Positions 1 through 7,906 of a DNA stretch of 64,000 nucleotides are shown here, piece after piece (position 1 is the first letter of the stretch; the number at the start of each line of letters is the position of its first letter). The stretch covers positions 1,320 through 65,319 of the forward strand of contig CAYIEN010000005.1 of assembly GCA_964362535.1 (NCBI GenBank). Reading direction: 5' to 3'. This stretch comes from an uncultured Methanosarcinales archaeon (GTDB taxonomy: Archaea > Nanobdellota > Nanobdellia > Woesearchaeales > ARS49). Position numbers and translations under genes: made by a program. The notes beneath the pieces are model-generated. The model did not search any database. It was given only the letters and a program-made list of their open reading frames with translations, and was not told where the DNA came from.

Positions 1-1
1 A

Positions 2-313
2 GCAAGTGAAATCAAGCTTGAGGAAAAAGTAGAACGCGAATTCGAAAAAGAAGGAAGAGAATTGATGGCGAGCATGCAACTAGAACATGACCGCGCGCAT
101 TTTAGTTTTTTGAAAGGAATGCTTCCGATGTATTTTTCCGTTCCGGGAAATGCTGCCTCGCTCTGTATCAAAGACAGATATGCACTTGAGGAACATAAAG
201 ACGTATGGTACCGTACGCACAATGTCAATCCAATACAACTCGTGGCATTGCTGGGATTATTTCATATATGGGCAGATCGCGTATTCGGTCCTCCAACACT
301 TCCTCCTTTGTAA
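2..313 (+). CDS. hypothetical protein, 3' fragment (CDS enters the window from upstream)
   Basis: Frame of track ORF 62..313 stays open back to base 2 (ASEIKLEEKVEREFEKEGREL...). TAA at 311-313. No family motif recognised. Confidence 0.3.
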   Translation, partial: ASEIKLEEKVEREFEKEGRELMASMQLEHDRAHFSFLKGMLPMYFSVPGNAASLCIKDRYALEEHKDVWYRTHNVNPIQLVALLGLFHIWADRVFGPPTLPPL

Positions 314-316
314 GAA

Positions 317-724
317 TTATTTCACCGCTCGAATCTTGTCCGCCATCAATGCCAAGGCATTCGGTGTTGCGTCGCGGTGTGCCCAGTGTTTGAATCCGTC
401 ATTGGGAAATCGAGGAATAACGTGCAAATGCGCATGGAAGATTGCTTGTCCCGCGACGGCTCCGTTGTTCATTCCAATATTAACTCCTTCAGCGCCGGTT
501 GCGGCTTTGACTTTTTCGGCAACAATCTTAGCCGCAACAATAAGCTCGGCCATGTCTGCTTCGGGTGTGTCAAAGATGTCCGCGTGGTGGTGTCGATGGA
601 CAACCAGAGCATGACCTCTATTTACGGGCTGAATAGTTAAAAAAGAAACAACATTTTCGGTTTCGTAGATGATTCTACTCGCTATTTCGCCGCGGATGAT
701 TCTGCAAAAAAGGCAGTCGTTCAT
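317..724 (-). CDS. HIT-family (histidine triad) nucleotide hydrolase
   Basis: 135 aa. Histidine triad HAHLHVIPR and N-terminal CLFCRI motif. 4-nt overlap with the upstream HAD gene. Confidence 0.85.
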   Translation of the reverse strand: MNDCLFCRIIRGEIASRIIYETENVVSFLTIQPVNRGHALVVHRHHHADIFDTPEADMAELIVAAKIVAEKVKAATGAEGVNIGMNNGAVAGQAIFHAHLHVIPRFPNDGFKHWAHRDATPNALALMADKIRAVK

Positions 725-1356
725 AGGAATTTTTCGATTTCCTTGAGTTCTGCGATTTTGTTGGCGTATTCGCGCGTATTGCGTCGGTCAACGAGGACTG
801 CTTTGATGCCGGCTGCGTCCGCTCCTTTGATGTCGGTTTCCAAGGAGTCTCCAACAACGAGTGCGTCCTTGACGGGAACTTTTAATTCCTTGAGCGCAAT
901 TTTGTAGAGTTCGCCGTCCTGCTTGAGGACGCCGTGCTGGTACGAGATGACGACTGCGTCAAAGTAACCAGCCAAGTCGTGCTTTGCGATGACGTCTTCG
1001 ACTGCGCCTTTGTTTGCGTTGCTGACAATGGCCAACTTGATTCCTTTGTCTTTGAGCATTTGCAATGTTTCCTTGGTGTCAGGGTACGGTATTGCGAAGA
1101 GTTTGTTTTTGTTCCACAAGCCGACCAATTTGCTGATAACGATGGGCAACGGTCGCACGCCGAAGTGTTCGCAGACTGCGGTGAAGGCTTCTTCCTGTGT
1201 TGCGTAGTCTTTTGCGAAAAAGATTTCTTCGAAGGGGACGATGAAGTCTTTGTATTCCTGCTGGATGCGCAGGATAAAAAGCGTTCCTTTGGTTGGGTTG
1301 CGAGCACCGTTTTCGGCGAGTGTGCCCCAAAAGTCGAATAATATTGCTTTTACCAT
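721..1356 (-). CDS. HAD-superfamily hydrolase
   Basis: 211 aa. Motif I ILFDFWGTL, distal VGDSLETDIKGADAAG motif. Confidence 0.75.
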   Translation of the reverse strand: MVKAILFDFWGTLAENGARNPTKGTLFILRIQQEYKDFIVPFEEIFFAKDYATQEEAFTAVCEHFGVRPLPIVISKLVGLWNKNKLFAIPYPDTKETLQMLKDKGIKLAIVSNANKGAVEDVIAKHDLAGYFDAVVISYQHGVLKQDGELYKIALKELKVPVKDALVVGDSLETDIKGADAAGIKAVLVDRRNTREYANKIAELKEIEKFL

Positions 1357-1382
1357 AGTATTTCTCCTTGCACTTGATGCAA

Positions 1383-1456
1383 TGGACTGGCGGGGATTTG
1401 AACCCCGAGCCTCACCGCTGCCAGCGGCGCGTTATACCGGGTTTAACTACCAGCCC
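1383..1456 (-). tRNA. tRNA-Ala (anticodon GGC)
   Basis: Hand-folded 74-nt cloverleaf. Acceptor GGGCTGG/CCAGTCC with the G3:U70 Ala identity pair. D stem GTTA/TAAC, anticodon stem CGCCG/CGGTG with loop CTGGCAG, T arm CGGGG-TTCAAAT-CCCCG, discriminator A. No encoded CCA. Confidence 0.85.
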
Positions 1457-1471
1457 AACTTGGAGCGTGTA

Positions 1472-1543
1472 TGGACACGCCGGGAATCGAACCCGGAGCC
1501 TCATCGTTGCGAACGATGCGTCATACCGTTAGACCACGTGCCC
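1472..1543 (-). tRNA. tRNA-Ala (anticodon CGC)
   Basis: Hand-folded 72-nt cloverleaf. Acceptor GGGCACG/CGTGTCC with G3:U70. Anticodon stem CATCG/CGATG with loop TTCGCAA, T arm CCGGG-TTCGATT-CCCGG, discriminator A. No encoded CCA. Confidence 0.85.
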
Positions 1544-1579
1544 AATCACGCGCCCCAATACGTCGTTGTGCTGAATGAG

Positions 1580-1597
1580 GGTATTTAAAGGTTGCTT
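1580..1597 (-). promoter_or_regulatory. BRE/TATA promoter element upstream of the tRNA-Ala pair
   Basis: Minus strand reads AAGCAACCTTTAAATACC. The 18-nt string is identical to the one upstream of gltX (23775-23792). TTTAAATA matches the archaeal TATA consensus. Confidence 0.55.
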
Positions 1598-1646
1598 GAG
1601 AAGAATTTAAATATCTCCCGAGTGGTTTTAGGGGTGAGGTGCTATT

Positions 1647-2057
1647 ATGGCAGTAAACGTGTTAGGAATTGTTGTTGCGTCGGTTGTCAGCTTTATTGTT
1701 GGCATGCTGTGGTACGGGCCGTTGTTTGGTAAAACATGGGCTGCGTTGTCCGGTATGAAGATGCCGAAGAAGATGACTCCTGCGATGAAGCAGAAGGCGA
1801 TGAAGTCCATGTCGTTGGGTTTCGTGATCAGTCTGTTGATGGCGTACGTTGTCTCGAATTTTGTGGCGTTGTTGAACGTTACATCTGCCGCGTCTGCGTT
1901 TCAGCTCGCGCTGTGGGCATGGCTCGGATTCATGGTGCCGATCATTATGGGCGCGTTTTTGTGGGAGAACAAGTCCTTCAAACTAGTCGTACTGAACAGT
2001 GCGTACTGGCTTGTGAGCTTGTTCGTAATGACGCTCATCTTGGCGTACTGGCGCTAG
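1647..2057 (+). CDS. DUF1761-family membrane protein
   Basis: 136 aa, 4 hydrophobic segments, N-terminal MLWYGPLFGKTW motif typical of DUF1761. GGGGTGAGGTG Shine-Dalgarno-like box upstream. TAG stop. Confidence 0.6.
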   Translation: MAVNVLGIVVASVVSFIVGMLWYGPLFGKTWAALSGMKMPKKMTPAMKQKAMKSMSLGFVISLLMAYVVSNFVALLNVTSAASAFQLALWAWLGFMVPIIMGAFLWENKSFKLVVLNSAYWLVSLFVMTLILAYWR

Positions 2058-2095
2058 AATTTTTTGTTTTCGTTTTTATTTCTTTTTTTTATTTT
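2058..2095. terminator. T-rich bidirectional terminator region between convergent genes
   Basis: aattttttgttttcgtttttatttcttttttttatttta. Oligo-T tracts are the known archaeal termination signal. Confidence 0.35.
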
Positions 2096-3060
2096 ACCAA
2101 ATCTTTATTGACCAGACTTGGTGGCGTCTTTCCGTTCAACGCTGCGATGATGTTTTGTGCGGCGAGTATGCTCATTTCGTTGCGTGCTTCCACGGTTGCG
2201 CTTGCAATGTGAGGTGTCAAAACAACAGTTGAAAGTTTTGTCAGTCCAGCAACGGGTTTTGGTTCGAATTCGAAGACGTCGAGTCCTGCGCCCGCGATTT
2301 GTTTTCGTTTCAGTGCTTGATACAATGCTTTTTCGTCAACGACCGGTCCGCGGGAGGTATTGATCAAAAAGGCTGTTTTCTTCATGAGTTTGAGTGTTTT
2401 TGCGTTGATTAAATGCCTCGTTGACGGCAGTAAGGGGACGTGAACAGAGACAAAGTCTGACTGTTTCAGCAGTGAATCGAGCGTGGTGAATTTTGCGCCG
2501 TACTCTTTTTCGAGTTCGGGAACGCGATTAACATCCGTATACACGATGTGCATGTTGAGTGCTTTTGCAAACTTGACGAAGAGCGCTCCGATGCGGCCGG
2601 TGCCGATGACGCCACAGGTTTTGCCGTCAAATTCGGTGCCGAGTAAGAGGGAGGGGTTCCATGCTTTGTATTTTCCTGCGCGGAGGAAGCTGTCTGCTTC
2701 AACGACGCGTTTGCCGAGGGCCATCATGAGCGCAACTGCGTGTTCGGCAACTGATTCTGTTAAGACGCCAGGGGTATTCGTGATTGGGATGTGGCACAGG
2801 GTGGCTGATTTCAAATCAATATTATCGTAGCCAACGGCATAGTTAGCGACAATCTTCAAGTGTTTGTTTTGTGAGAGGAAGTCTGCATCGATTTTGTCAG
2901 TCAGAAGGGAGAGCACTGCGTCTGCCCATTTGGCGCCTTTCAGTAGGTTCGGGCGAGTGATGGGTCCGTTTTGAGGAGCTACTTTGACAACAAAATGCTT
3001 TTTTAAAAGTTCGATGCCGTGTCCGGGAATGTTTCTTGTTACGAATACTTTTTGTTTCAT
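2089..3060 (-). CDS. gyaR: glyoxylate reductase / D-2-hydroxyacid dehydrogenase
   Basis: Start moved to the internal MKQKVFVTRNIPG. The longer track ORF would overlap the upstream gene. Motifs: VANYAVGYDNID, GIIGxGRIG-type NAD site (GVIGTGRIG), LTPHIASAT, C-terminal TPPSLVNKDLV as in archaeal GyaR. Confidence 0.85.
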   Translation of the reverse strand: MKQKVFVTRNIPGHGIELLKKHFVVKVAPQNGPITRPNLLKGAKWADAVLSLLTDKIDADFLSQNKHLKIVANYAVGYDNIDLKSATLCHIPITNTPGVLTESVAEHAVALMMALGKRVVEADSFLRAGKYKAWNPSLLLGTEFDGKTCGVIGTGRIGALFVKFAKALNMHIVYTDVNRVPELEKEYGAKFTTLDSLLKQSDFVSVHVPLLPSTRHLINAKTLKLMKKTAFLINTSRGPVVDEKALYQALKRKQIAGAGLDVFEFEPKPVAGLTKLSTVVLTPHIASATVEARNEMSILAAQNIIAALNGKTPPSLVNKDLVK

Positions 3061-3428
3061 TTGGCCCACTTTTTGAGTTCGTCGTAGTCGCATTGGCCGC
3101 AAATCCATTTTTTGTTTTTGGCGTTGTAAAAGAACGGAACTCCGCCGCATTTGCCGTTGTCGACTTTTGACAATTCTTCGGCGTTTTCGTCGTTGTGCCA
3201 GACTTCTTTTTCGATGACTTTGACGTGCAATTCGCGTTCAAGTTTGCGAATGAGGGGGTCCATATTGTCACAGTGTGGGCATCCGTTGCCGTAATATGCG
3301 AGGAGGTGGTGTGCTGTTGTTTTCTTTGCAGCAGCGATTCTTTTATTCTTCTTCACCGCAGGGACTTTGTTATTCTTTTTCGCAGCAGCGACATGATTCT
3401 TCTTTGAAGCTTTTCGTTTGGTAGGCAT
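3057..3428 (-). CDS. thioredoxin-fold protein (CPHC) with lysine-rich N-terminal tail
   Basis: Start chosen at MPTKRKASKK. CPHC active-site motif in YYGNGCPHCDNM, GVPFF cis-Pro-type motif. N-terminal ~40 aa are K/A-rich. Confidence 0.6.
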   Translation of the reverse strand: MPTKRKASKKNHVAAAKKNNKVPAVKKNKRIAAAKKTTAHHLLAYYGNGCPHCDNMDPLIRKLERELHVKVIEKEVWHNDENAEELSKVDNGKCGGVPFFYNAKNKKWICGQCDYDELKKWAK

Positions 3429-3432
3429 GGCG

Positions 3433-3690
3433 TTATTCTCCTTCGTGGCACGTGCAGGCCATGAGTTTTTTGGTGCATCCTTTGCAGGGCTTGCACATCG
3501 GACACAATTTGAGCGCGTGAAGTAATTTGTGCGTGTAACCGCAGTCTCGACAGGAAGGGGTATCTGATGAATAATTAAAGGAAGGGTTTTGTTTAGCCAC
3601 ATTCTTTTTCACATCAGTGACTCTATTTCGCACGGAAGTTTTATTCTTTCTCGCAGCAGCGACTCTTTTCCGCGCAGAGGTTTTCTTCAT
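3433..3690 (-). CDS. small Cys-rich (zinc-binding-like) protein with basic N-terminal tail
   Basis: 85 aa. CRDC...CPMCKPCKGC...CTC cysteine cluster. N-terminal tail MKKTSARKRVAAARKNK resembles the tail of the next gene. Confidence 0.45.
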   Translation of the reverse strand: MKKTSARKRVAAARKNKTSVRNRVTDVKKNVAKQNPSFNYSSDTPSCRDCGYTHKLLHALKLCPMCKPCKGCTKKLMACTCHEGE

Positions 3691-4994
3691 TGATTCCTCA
3701 CCAACTGCGAAATGCGCGCCCCGATGACGTGCGCAGTGGAAATCGGAGTAGTTGCTGCTTGGAGCGCAATTGCTAAGTCAGGATCTTTATGCACGTCGGC
3801 GACCCATTGTGCGAAGTCGTTGCGTGCGTTGGTGACGTGGTGGTTGAATGTTTGCGGGTCCATGGTACGGATTGCTTTGTGCAGTTGGGGCAAGCTGCTG
3901 ATGATGATTCCTGTTTTTGTGCGGAATGCGAGCGATTGGTGCACAGGTTTCAAAACGCGACCGGCGAGTTCTTTTTCAACGGGTTTTTTCCGGTTATCGT
4001 CGTTGCGGGTGCTGTATTTCATTTTGATTGCTTGTTTGGCCGCCGAAACAATGTGGGTCGACTTGAGTCCGTACAATTTGAGCAGTTCGTCAGGTGTGCC
4101 TGATTGTCCGAATTTGTTTTGCACGCCGATGCGGAGGATAGGAACAGGATGTGTGCTACTCAACAATTCTGCGACTGCTCCGCCCAATCCGCCAAGGACT
4201 TGGTGTTCTTCTGCCGTTACGACGCATCCGCAGTTTTTTGCGACGGTGATGATTGTTGTTGCGTCGAGTGGTTTGACCGTGTGGCAGTTGACGACGGTTG
4301 CGTTGATGCCTTCTTTTGCGAGGAGTTCGGCGGCGACCATTGATTCGTAGACCATGGTTCCCATTGCAACGATGGCGACGTCGGTGCCTTCGCAGTAGAG
4401 TTCTGCTTTGCCGATGGTGTAGGGTGTTGCTTCGGTGGTGACAATGGGTGTTTTGTCGCGTGCAAATCTGAGATAGACAGGTCCCGGATATTCTGCGGCT
4501 GCGATGGTTGCTTTGCGGGCTTCAATGGCGTCGCAAGGAACCAAGATGGTCATGTTTGCGATGGGTCGTACGATGGCGACGTCTTCGATTGCTTGGTGTG
4601 TTGCGCCGTCTGGTCCGACTGAAATGCCTGCGTGTGCGCCTGCAATCTTTACGGGGACGTTGTTGTAGCAGATGGTGGTTCTGATTTGTTCCCAGTTTCG
4701 TCCGGGAGAAAACATTGCGTAGCTTGAGATGAAGGGTATTTTGCCTGCGACGGCGAGTCCTGCGGCGACGGAGGCCATGTTTTGTTCGGCAACGCCCATT
4801 TCGATAAAGCGATCAGGATGTTTTTGTTGAAATACGAGGGAGCGTGTGCTTTCGGTTAAGTCTGCGCAAAGCACCATGATATTTTTGTTTGCTTCTGCTG
4901 CGATGACAAGTCCTTCGCCGTAACCGTTACGAATCGGCGTGTATGCAAGTGCTCCGTTGATGTTGACTAATTGCATTTTGGGATTGATACGCAT
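3687..4994 (-). CDS. transketolase, C-terminal (pyrimidine-binding) subunit, with ~110-aa C-terminal extension
   Basis: Residues 1-~320 match split-transketolase C subunits (GVAEQNM, HAGISVGPDGATHQ, EEHQVLGGLG). Residues ~326-435 are extra. Confidence 0.9.
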   Translation of the reverse strand: MRINPKMQLVNINGALAYTPIRNGYGEGLVIAAEANKNIMVLCADLTESTRSLVFQQKHPDRFIEMGVAEQNMASVAAGLAVAGKIPFISSYAMFSPGRNWEQIRTTICYNNVPVKIAGAHAGISVGPDGATHQAIEDVAIVRPIANMTILVPCDAIEARKATIAAAEYPGPVYLRFARDKTPIVTTEATPYTIGKAELYCEGTDVAIVAMGTMVYESMVAAELLAKEGINATVVNCHTVKPLDATTIITVAKNCGCVVTAEEHQVLGGLGGAVAELLSSTHPVPILRIGVQNKFGQSGTPDELLKLYGLKSTHIVSAAKQAIKMKYSTRNDDNRKKPVEKELAGRVLKPVHQSLAFRTKTGIIISSLPQLHKAIRTMDPQTFNHHVTNARNDFAQWVADVHKDPDLAIALQAATTPISTAHVIGARISQLVRNQ

Positions 4995-5858
4995 TTAGTC
5001 AGCTCCTGCTGTGATTTGGTCGCGCCAATGGTTGAGTTCTGCCAAAGCGACGTCTGCTTGTTCTTTGGTGGGTGGTTTTCCGTGCCATTCGTGGTCGTTT
5101 TCCATGAACGAGACTCCTTTGCCTGGAATGGTGTGTGCGATAATGACTGTCGGTTTTTCGTAGACTGCTTTTGCTTCGTTGAACGCGTCGATTAAGTGTC
5201 GGTGGTTGTGGCCGTCGACTTCGATGACGTGCCAGCCGAACGATTCGTATTTCGCGCGTAAGGATTCGAGAGGCATGATGTCTTCGGTGTGTCCGTCGAT
5301 TTGGATGTTGTTGCGGTCGATGACTCCTGTTAAATTGCGGAGTTTGTTTTTGCCTGCGAACATGGCTGCTTCCCAGAGTTGTCCTTCGTCGTGTTCTCCG
5401 TCGCTCATTAAGCAATAGACTCGCCATTTCTTTTTGTCCATGAGCGCTGCGTATGCCATGCCGCATGCTTGGCTGAGTCCTGAGCCGAGTGGTCCGGATG
5501 TAGTTTCGATGCCGGGCAATGAACCTCGGTGAGGGTGTCCTTGTAATCTGCTTCCGAGTTTGCGGAGTGTTTGGAGTTCTGCGCGGGGGTAGTAGCCTGC
5601 GTTTGCCAAAGTAGCGTATTGCACGGGGCAGATGTGTCCGTTGCTCAGCACAGCTCTGTCACGTTCGTCCCAGTCGGGTTTTGCCGGGTCGTGGTTTAAG
5701 ATGTTGAAGTAGAGTGTGGTGAAGACATCAGCCATGCCTAACGGTCCGCCACTATGTCCAGAGCCTGCAGACACAAGGGAATTGATGAGGTCTTGTCTGA
5801 TAGTGTTAGAAAGGAGTTTCAGCTGTTTGATATCAGTCACTCTTTTGAATACTGCCAT
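4995..5858 (-). CDS. transketolase, N-terminal (TPP-binding) subunit
   Basis: 287 aa. SGHSGGPLG, GSLPGIETTSGPLGSGL, MSDGEHDEGQLWEA motifs. Abuts the C subunit with no gap. Confidence 0.9.
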   Translation of the reverse strand: MAVFKRVTDIKQLKLLSNTIRQDLINSLVSAGSGHSGGPLGMADVFTTLYFNILNHDPAKPDWDERDRAVLSNGHICPVQYATLANAGYYPRAELQTLRKLGSRLQGHPHRGSLPGIETTSGPLGSGLSQACGMAYAALMDKKKWRVYCLMSDGEHDEGQLWEAAMFAGKNKLRNLTGVIDRNNIQIDGHTEDIMPLESLRAKYESFGWHVIEVDGHNHRHLIDAFNEAKAVYEKPTVIIAHTIPGKGVSFMENDHEWHGKPPTKEQADVALAELNHWRDQITAGAD

Positions 5859-5893
5859 ACTGCCTCTTTATGAAACAAAACGGGCTTTGCGCA

Positions 5894-5905
5894 TTTATAA
5901 AGGTT
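5894..5905 (-). promoter_or_regulatory. BRE/TATA element upstream of the transketolase genes
   Basis: Minus strand AACCTTTATAAA, same AACC+TATA pattern as other promoters in the window. Confidence 0.45.
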
Positions 5906-5914
5906 ATGGGACGG

Positions 5915-6559
5915 TTATTTGAGTTCTTTAAGAAGGAGCTTGAACGTCTTCTTCAAATCTTTCGCTGTCAGTGCGCTTCCCACAACAAATTTATTCGCGC
6001 CTGCTTTGTGGCAGATTGCGAGTGTTCCGTGATGAATTCCTCCATCAACCTCAATGGCAATTTTTTTGTTCCACTTGCGGATTTGTTTGATTTTATTGGT
6101 TTGGTCGATGAATTGGGCGCCCATGAATCCAGGATGAACCGTCATGACGGTTACTTGGTCTACTAATTTCAGGAATGGTTTTATTTTGAGCGCAGGAGTT
6201 TCTGGTTTCAGAGCTATGCCGACCTTCAACTTGTGGAATCTTGCGTGGCGGATGAATCGTTCAACGTGTTTTGCGTCCGGCATGCTTTCAATGTGGAAGA
6301 TGACTGTCTTTGATTGCGGAATGTGTGCGATGTCATGCAAGTGGTGTTCGGGATACAAAACCATGAGGTGGAATTCGAATGCGGTTTTTGTTTTGATGTC
6401 GACTAAATCGCGAGGAAGAAGTGTGGTGTTTGGGACGAAGTGGCCGTCGCAAATGTCGACTTGCAATGTTTTGCCTACTTTTGAAACGAGTTTGATGCGG
6501 TCGAGCGCTTCGTGGCGGGTGTGCGAAAGGACGGCAGGGATGATTTCGGTTTTCATCAT
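5915..6559 (-). CDS. rpe: ribulose-phosphate 3-epimerase
   Basis: 214 aa. VDICDGHFVPN, HLMV, MTVHPGFMGAQF, EVDGGI motifs. Confidence 0.85.
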   Translation of the reverse strand: MMKTEIIPAVLSHTRHEALDRIKLVSKVGKTLQVDICDGHFVPNTTLLPRDLVDIKTKTAFEFHLMVLYPEHHLHDIAHIPQSKTVIFHIESMPDAKHVERFIRHARFHKLKVGIALKPETPALKIKPFLKLVDQVTVMTVHPGFMGAQFIDQTNKIKQIRKWNKKIAIEVDGGIHHGTLAICHKAGANKFVVGSALTAKDLKKTFKLLLKELK

Positions 6560-7017
6560 GATTCGTATCTGTCGATTTTTTTCAGTCGTCGAGCGTGTCT
6601 TGTTTCGCCGCTGAATTCGGTTTTGAGCCAGACATCAATAATTTTTTTTGCAGAAGCAAAAGTCATGCCCATGTTTGATTTATCAACTGTTTTGCCGCCT
6701 GCTAAGCAGAGGACGTTTGCGTCGTTGTGGAGTCTGCTGAACTTTGCGGTTTGAACATCCGAAGGAGCGACTGCGCGTGCGCCTTTGACTTTGTTGGCCG
6801 CAATACACACACCTTCTGCCGAGCCGCACACAACGATGCCTTTGCTGTCAGTCTTCACTGCCATTTCCGCGACGGGGATGGCAAAGTCAGGATAATCGTC
6901 ATCTTTGTCGTAAGACCACGCGCCTAAGTCGCGAACAGAAATGCTTTTTTTCTTTAAGTAGACCTTAATCTGCTCTTTCAAGTCATAGCCTGCGTGGTCT
7001 GCTCCAAGATATATCAT
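6556..7017 (-). CDS. rpiB: ribose-5-phosphate isomerase B (RpiB/LacAB family)
   Basis: 153 aa. MIYLGADHAGYDLK N-terminus, GIVVCGSAEGVCIAANK active-site region. 4-nt overlap with rpe. Confidence 0.85.
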   Translation of the reverse strand: MIYLGADHAGYDLKEQIKVYLKKKSISVRDLGAWSYDKDDDYPDFAIPVAEMAVKTDSKGIVVCGSAEGVCIAANKVKGARAVAPSDVQTAKFSRLHNDANVLCLAGGKTVDKSNMGMTFASAKKIIDVWLKTEFSGETRHARRLKKIDRYES

Positions 7018-7132
7018 TCGCGAGTTCCTCTTTTTTACTCTAACACTCCTGTGCTGATTTGGCTATTTAAATAGTGCGGTGGTATGTTCTTCACCACAAC
7101 GATTCTTATAAATCAGTGCTTGAAGTAGAACT

Positions 7133-7762
7133 ATGATGAATAAACCGTTGGAACCGATCGATGTGATTCTGTTTGATGTGGATGAAACGCTTGTTGATTT
7201 TATGGGTATGAAGAAGGAATGCGTTACTGCTGGTTTGGAAAGAATGATCGCGCGCGGGCTTCCCGTGGCTGATATTGCTGCGGGGCAACGTGTAGTTGAT
7301 GAAGTGTATCGTAATTTTGGAATGGAAGATAAAATGTTGTTCTGGCATGTTGCGCAGTATGCTGGCGTGACGACGGAAGTTACTAAGGAACGGTTGGCGC
7401 AGGTGGGCAAGACCGCATATCGAAAGCATCAACGGGATTATTTGGCGCCGTACGAGAGCGTGCCTGAAACGCTTGCGGAGCTGAAAACGAGGGGAATTCT
7501 TATTGGAGTGTTGTCTGATGCTCCGCGCATAAAAATATTTGATCGATTGTGCGATGCGGGTTTGGAGCAGTATTTTGATGATTATGTTATTGGCGGGAAT
7601 GACAATCGTAAGTTATTGAAGCCTTCGGAACATGCGTTTAAGCGGGCGTTGCGCATGATGGGTTGTAAAAACGGAAAGGGTGTGCTCATGGTAGGTAATG
7701 ATCCGGTGAGAGATGTTGGTGGCGCGAAAGATGCGGGTTTGCAGGCTGCGTGGGCGAAGTAG
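7133..7762 (+). CDS. HAD-superfamily hydrolase, apparently truncated by an in-frame TAG
   Basis: Motif I ILFDVDETLVDF, LSDAP, MVGNDPVRDVGGAKDAGL. Ends ...AAWAK-TAG where relatives have W-x-x-Y-G. Confidence 0.7.
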   Translation: MMNKPLEPIDVILFDVDETLVDFMGMKKECVTAGLERMIARGLPVADIAAGQRVVDEVYRNFGMEDKMLFWHVAQYAGVTTEVTKERLAQVGKTAYRKHQRDYLAPYESVPETLAELKTRGILIGVLSDAPRIKIFDRLCDAGLEQYFDDYVIGGNDNRKLLKPSEHAFKRALRMMGCKNGKGVLMVGNDPVRDVGGAKDAGLQAAWAK

Positions 7763-7864
7763 GGTTTTGAGCCGCGCAGGGATGAAAATGTGTCAAAGAT
7801 GAGAACGCGTGCTGATTACGTGCTTGAACAATTTTCTGATTTGTTGAAATATGTTACGAAGTGA
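7763..7864 (+). other. in-frame coding-like tail following the TAG of the HAD gene
   Basis: 33 sense codons in the same frame (GFEPRRDENVSKMRTRADYVLEQFSDLLKYVTK) then TGA. ADYV...LL is the usual HAD C-terminus. Confidence 0.5.
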
Positions 7865-7906
7865 GGACACTGCATGTTTTTATAGTGGAAAGAATCTAAA
7901 GTATGC

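Noticed and set aside
2089-3150. Longest-ORF starts given by the track for several genes: 2089-3150, 3057-3602, 8805-9893, 12029-12565, 13062-13916, 19287-20399, 25779-26387, 36048-36902, 38245-38955 and 56890-61215.
   Set aside because: The N-terminal extensions overlap the preceding gene or promoter and are compositionally odd (S/R/P-rich). Internal ATGs give canonical N-termini (signal peptides, family-typical starts) with SD or TATA at the right distance.
7760-7762. Genome-wide TAG reassignment (e.g. pyrrolysine) as the explanation for the in-frame TAG in the HAD gene.
   Set aside because: TAG ends ftsZ, the DUF1761 gene and the bPH gene at family-typical C-termini, followed by non-coding-looking sequence. 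No pyl genes are in the window. A local mutation, error or read-through remains possible.
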